Shown in pieces: positions 58,601 to 64,000 of a stretch of DNA of 64,000 nucleotides. This stretch comes from Picochlorum sp. SENEW3. Lineage: Eukaryota. The translations under genes and the position numbers were made by a program. The notes under the pieces were generated by a model. The model was given only the letters and a program-made list of their open reading frames with translations. It was not told the origin of the DNA and did no database searches. The stretch lies in the NCBI GenBank assembly GCA_034226945.1, contig CP120459.1, forward strand, positions 62,001-126,000. Reading direction: 5' to 3'. Position 1 is the first letter of the stretch, and every line of letters starts with the position of its first letter.

Positions 58601-61600
58601 CGGCATCTCACAGGGCATGGTCTTGCCTTCCTCAATCAGCTGCTCATACACTTTCCATGTAGAGCGTTCAGAAAGAGCGTTTTCAACTCTATCCCTCCAG
58701 TCGTTGATTTTATCCATTGCTTCGTTCAATGTAACAATTTCTGGCATCATAATATGTGCATCTGTGGATTCTTTGTGCAGATTTTCCAGAAATTCCAGCG
58801 TGATGGGATCTTCATTGTTCTTTCTTCTTCCAGTCTCTCTATTCTTAGGCAGGGCTATTCGAACAGCTTCTGCCACCTTTTTGATAGACAAGAGTCTTTC
58901 TCGCAGTGTTTTCGCCTCCGGAATTGTGATTGGTATTCTTCCGGCCTCGGTAGCCATGGCATCAAGTTGCTTGCTATCCAATGGTGGATCTATGGTGAGG
59001 TCGGTGGCAACTGATCCATGTTTTGATATCCACAGTTTGGCATCTGCGACCGACTTTTTAAGATCATCGAGACCAGGTGGCGAATTCAGCGGCAAGGGAT
59101 CTGTTGCAATGATCTTCTCGACATCCTCTAGCTGCGGTTTGCCATTCTGTGCTGCAAAAATACGCTCAACAAATTCATCAGCTCTCTCTAATTGTGGACG
59201 CAGTGCAACGATCTCTTCTTTCAGTTCACCAGAAATATCTCCCCATAAATACTCGCTACCCTCATCAACAAGATCTGGAAGATCGAAAGCCCTATCACGC
59301 CCTCGCTGCAATGCAAGCTTGGCATCCGACACCCATTTCCTACAGTTCTTCTCATACATTGCTCTCCATACATCCACAGACTCAAAATCCTCTGGATGGA
59401 GGTCCACATGAGAAAACTGTCTCACGGGGCCTTGTACATAGCCACACTCAGTCACAAACGTCATGGGGGCACCGGGCTGCAAGCTTGCAATCTCCTTCAT
59501 GCAATTATTATCGCCCATGGTCTCTGCAGACTCCATCTTGACGTCCGCCGTATCCATGCGGTCTTTCCTCTTCTTCTTCTTTTTGGTACTATTCTTATCT
59601 ATGATAGTGGACATAAAAGTCTCCCTCATATGATCTTCTGCATCTCGAGCAGCCAACACTGTCTTCTCAATAGCAGCTGCCATGTTGTCCTCCTCCTCTG
59701 CTTCATCAGCACATATTCGATCACGGGCACTGGGTGGAACGCTATCAAGGAATTCTTGTTTGATTCTATACAGTTCATCCAAGCTATATCGCCATGCTAA
59801 ACGTCTCCGGGCGACCTTGCAGCGACACAAATGCTGTCCATGATGCAAACATGCCACCTTTTTTGGTGAACATGGGCATTCAATCATGGCAAAAACAACC
59901 TTATTCCTACATACACAGCATTCCTTAATCGTAGAATCTTGAGATTCATTCTTTTTATCCTTTGGTTTGGGTGACTCCGTATCTACATCCCCAATCTGCC
60001 TAAACCGCCGCAGTCCATCTGACCACAATTTGTATCGCATCATGCTTTCTTCCTCCACCAGCCGCGATAATTCGAGGGAAATCCAATACTTGGTTTCATC
60101 TCCAAGCTTTGAAAGATTATTGTAGGAATTCATAATCATCTGTTCGACAGAAAAGAATGGTGGGAATCTATGATTTCTGTACAAAGAAGTTGCTTGAGAT
60201 GAAAAGCGAAGCCAATCTGGTGGCATCATGAGGATCGACTCGGAAATTTGAAGTCCCATGGCCACTGAGCAATGATACGAATTTGGAAAGGAAACAACGA
60301 GTGTGCCTTCCTCCTGCGTACATCGGTACACCGGAACTCCTCTCTCAATCAATGCCTCTGGCGACACCATCAAATTTGCCCCAAGCGGTGTCTCCCATTC
60401 CATAGAAATCATGTAATCTGCGTGCATTGCTTGCACTAGAGATTCAAACATTGACGAAGCATATGCTGGAATGCAATACCATTGCCTTTCGGACCCTTCA
60501 TGAAGGTAAGTGAGGGAATACAACAGCTGTTCCTCCACCTTCCACGTCGTTGATGAAAATGTCATTCCAAACTGCAAATTGCCCGTATGCAGCATCGAAG
60601 TCTGGCCTTCCTTTGGCGGATCGCAGTACTCGGCCAAATTCTGAGACTCGGCAGTTTTCCACCGTGTCACAGACGCCAAGCCCTTTTTCTTTTGAGCCTC
60701 TGTCCGCTGCAAGGTCACTGAGGGGTCGTTCCCAATCAACACCTCTGCCATATCATCTCCACCACACACAATCGCCCAATACTCCCTTTCACGCTCCTTA
60801 TAACTGATACTAGATGGCTTTGCTGAATTATACCACACCTTGTCAAACGACCTGGCCCTCTTTTCAAACTCTTGCAAGGACAGCATCTCAGATGCCCCTG
60901 GAAGCTGCGTCTTCTTGTCTCCTCCCTTTCGAATGGCATCGCAGATGGGACAAACCCAATCGCCTTTGGGAACCTTTTTCATGGGCGGAGTCAAACAAAA
61001 TAAATGCCAGCCTCGATCGCATCTATCACACAGAATAATCTTATCTTCATAATGTCCTCCCCTACAAGATTCACACACCATGGCAGAGACAAGTTCGACA
61101 TCTTTCTCCACGTCCTTGGCCTCAACCTGCACGGACAAAATTCCTTTACTTTTCACGTGGTAGAGGATACCTAGGTCAATATATCGCACCTTTTGACCTT
61201 TCTTCTTCTTAGTCTTCTTCGATTTCGAAGAATCCTTCCCGATCGGCTCCGAGCTCTTGGGTGCCTCGGCCAGACCATGTGACGATTCCCCATTGGCAGG
61301 CGACTCTGGCACCAAATCCAACAGCGCCTCTGCCACAGGTCCTACTTCTGTAGGATCCAAGTCCTGTTCCCTACTCCGTTTGACCCCCGTGACAGTCTTG
61401 GTACCCAGAATCTCCGTCTCAATAGCGTCCGCTGCACACCACCAAAGAACCATCCAGTATGATGTACATGGTATCCATCTTCTTCTTCTTACTATATTTC
61501 TATACCCCACAATGCGACAACAAATCCTCCCTCCCATCCGTATATATCATCATCATCATTATGATACTATACAAGGAACATGAAAAGACACGCGTCCACC

Positions 61601-62285
61601 CCAACAAAAAACAACGTATAATCTAGCGCACCTAGAAGATCAGCACCCCCTCTATTCCTCGTCACACAATGCTCTTCAAAAGGCTTCAACAGCTTCCCAT
61701 ACAAATGCTTGAGCGTATACGCCGCATTACTTCCTTTATCCTCAATCTGCACCACACCAATCCACGATGCTCAATCCACAATCCTCAGTCAGAGACCAAA
61801 CCCTCAACACAAGACAAGAGAAGAAGAAAAAGAGCACTCACCTCCATCGCCACAACGATATCTTTCCACCGCTTCCTATTACAAATTTCTTCATATCCCC
61901 CTCTTTTACGAATAATCCTATACAAACGGTACAGGTCTATCTCCTGACCGGCGAAGAGGGGCTTTTTGCGGCCCTTGCCCCCTCCCGTTGATTCCTGAAA
62001 GGCATTGAACATTGCCCAAAATTGCTTCGCCTCTGTCACCGTATCCTTCACTTGCAGCTCATGAATACACTGAGACGTCGTTTTGAATTTCAAACTAGCC
62101 CTATCAAACGTATGCGAGGGCTCCCACTTGGTCGGCGGAACTATTTTCGCCATCCCAGCGAGCTCAGCCTGCCGACGGACAGAGGCCAGATACCCAAGAG
62201 GATTCCTCCATTCTGCCTCGGTGGGCCTAAAAACAGGAATATCTGGACACTCTATACAACCTGTGCGCTCTTTATGCCCGCCCAT
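55679..62285 (-). CDS. KDM5/JARID1-like chromatin protein (JmjN-ARID-PHD-JmjC-C5HC2-PLU1-PHD-PHD); exons 62285-61842, 61746-61632, 61431-55679
   Basis: PVFRPTEAEWRNPLGY (JmjN), IDLYRLY..RGGY (ARID), three PHD fingers, JmjC-like block, C5HC2 finger; GT-AG junctions keep the frame. Confidence 0.88.
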
Positions 62286-62836
62286 ATCAGATACTGTCCT
62301 CTGTATGGCACAGAAAAGGCAGAGTTGCAGTCTGGCGACTTGCCAATCCTAAAAGACGTTCAGTATGAACACTGTACACCGCAGGTCTTGCATAGTTTTG
62401 ACACAGTGAATACCATATGGTGTTTTTAATTTTAGTATGCGTCTCATGTACCAAGGACGCTGTGTCTTCATGGGCAAGATCTTGGGGCCTCAATCTCCCA
62501 CACACATCCCCATGTGGGGACTGCAGTCCAGCTGGCCAGTCTGCTGTGTGCAAGAAGAAAGCTTGATATTTTTCGAATTACTACGACTGGTATGCCTCTA
62601 TGGATGGTATCCATGCCTATCTATGATACAGATTCCACCTTCTTCTTTGTGAAAGAGGAAGACAACAATAACAAGGAGAAGAAGAAGGCTTGAGTACAAT
62701 AAAGACCTATTGCAATGGGGAACATGATGATGATGGCCATCATCAACATCCTCTCTGCTGCTCATTTTAATACTAGCAAAAAATCAGAATGAAATTCTTT
62801 GTAGTACAGAGACCATGGTAGTACAAATAGGAGCCG

Positions 62837-63943
62837 ATGAACTCCTTTCTTGTGTGTCGATTGACTCGCCTGTCATGTTTTCTTCAGTCGAGTACTAATA
62901 CCGCCCTGTGCTTCCATGCGAGGGGTCTTTCCATGGGAGGAATTCAGAAGAAAAAAGAGACGAATCAGTATAGCACAATAACCAAGGCTGAGTATAGAAG
63001 ATCCATGGCCGAGTCAACCTGGTTTCAAGGCCGAGAGGATGCGTATGGTGGTTTTATCATAGATTCTTTGTCCATTCCATCGACTATAGATGAGTTTGAA
63101 AGTCAATTATCATCTTCTTTAGAGTACTGGAAGCATGAGCGCGAGTACAGAGGGATTTGGCTTAAACTGCATAGACAGCATCAGCATCACCTCATTTCAC
63201 CTGCATGTACCAAAGGGTTTGAGTTTCATCATGCTGAGAAGGACTATATTATGATGACACGGTGGCTTCCTGAGGATGTGCCATCCACCCTTCCCCCGAA
63301 TGCTTCGCATCAAATTGGAGTGGGTGCGTTTGTATATGATGCAGCATCCAGGCAGGTGCTCGTGGTGCAGGAGAAGAATGGTCCTTTGAAAGGGATGGGG
63401 GTGTGGAAGATGCCGACTGGTCTGGTGAATGAGGGTGAGGATATCACAGAAGCAGCTGTTCGAGAGGTGGAGGAGGAGACGCAGGTGAAGGTGACGTTTC
63501 AGTCTGTGCTTAGCTTGAGGCAGAGCCATGGCTTTGCTTTTGGAAAGAGCGATTTATTCTTTGTTGTGGCGTGTGCCGTGGATTTCTCAGCATACCAAGG
63601 GATACACAATGTAGATGAGATTGTGATGATGCCGCAGGAATCAGAAATTGAACGATGCTCATGGATTCCTTTGGATGAGTTTGTGGGGATAGAGTTCATG
63701 AGGTCTAGACCACTGTATAAACAGATTATGGACACGTGTTATGCGTATGCTCAGGGTCGGTATCGAGGGCTTTCTGGGGCGAAACTTGCAAGTCGATCTG
63801 AGAAGGAAGATTTGTTGCTGTTTTCTGAGCAACACATCCAAGAAGAAGAAAAAGAAGAAGAAGAACAAGTGTTCTTGAAAAGCAACACATCTGCATCGCC
63901 TGATGGTCAAGACAAGGGTGACCGATGGATTGGCATGTCTTAA
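62837..63943 (+). CDS. Nudix hydrolase (NUDT6 / plant NUDT2-8-like)
   Basis: GFEFHHAE, NASHQIGVGAFV, WKMPTGLVNEGEDITEAAVREVEEET, FGKSDLFFV. Confidence 0.9.
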   Translation: MNSFLVCRLTRLSCFLQSSTNTALCFHARGLSMGGIQKKKETNQYSTITKAEYRRSMAESTWFQGREDAYGGFIIDSLSIPSTIDEFESQLSSSLEYWKHEREYRGIWLKLHRQHQHHLISPACTKGFEFHHAEKDYIMMTRWLPEDVPSTLPPNASHQIGVGAFVYDAASRQVLVVQEKNGPLKGMGVWKMPTGLVNEGEDITEAAVREVEEETQVKVTFQSVLSLRQSHGFAFGKSDLFFVVACAVDFSAYQGIHNVDEIVMMPQESEIERCSWIPLDEFVGIEFMRSRPLYKQIMDTCYAYAQGRYRGLSGAKLASRSEKEDLLLFSEQHIQEEEKEEEEQVFLKSNTSASPDGQDKGDRWIGMS

Positions 63944-64000
63944 TTCATTTTTAAAAAAACAATAGTATTTAATAAAAATAATGTACATGAATTCTACTAG

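Noticed and set aside
63415..63490. Nudix box ends EETQV instead of EETGV
   Set aside because: Catalytic glutamates intact; minor variation
1..64000. CRISPR arrays, rRNA, tRNA or spliceosomal snRNA genes
   Set aside because: No repeat-spacer array or recognisable conserved RNA signature seen by eye; a covariance-model scan is needed to exclude small RNAs

Overview
A gene-dense eukaryotic nuclear region with few, short GT-AG introns, very short intergenic spacers and several plastid-targeted proteins. It is most consistent with a compact chlorophyte green alga (Picochlorum-like trebouxiophyte; inference only). About 30 mostly housekeeping genes are present, including NTR, RPI, RPL36, Aurora kinase, eIF1A, ValRS, SF3B1, RPT1 and a KDM5-like gene. 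An accessory block at ~24.2-32.4 kb holds a near full-length L1-type LINE (ORF1 plus APE-RT ORF2 with one frameshift and a poly(A) tail) and a secreted CBM14-CBM14-GH18 chitinase. This block is bracketed by two divergently oriented paralogues combining Myb/SANT-like repeats with a domain that looks forkhead-like by eye, a class not expected in green plants. Other highlights: an intron-split CDC26 micro-ORF, missed by the ORF track, directly upstream of TTM3 (the plant bicistron arrangement); a KDM5-like JmjC domain lacking an iron-binding His; a ValRS with an N-terminal GST-like domain; and overlapping alternative hairpins at the LINE 5' end. All calls come from reading the sequence; no searches were run.
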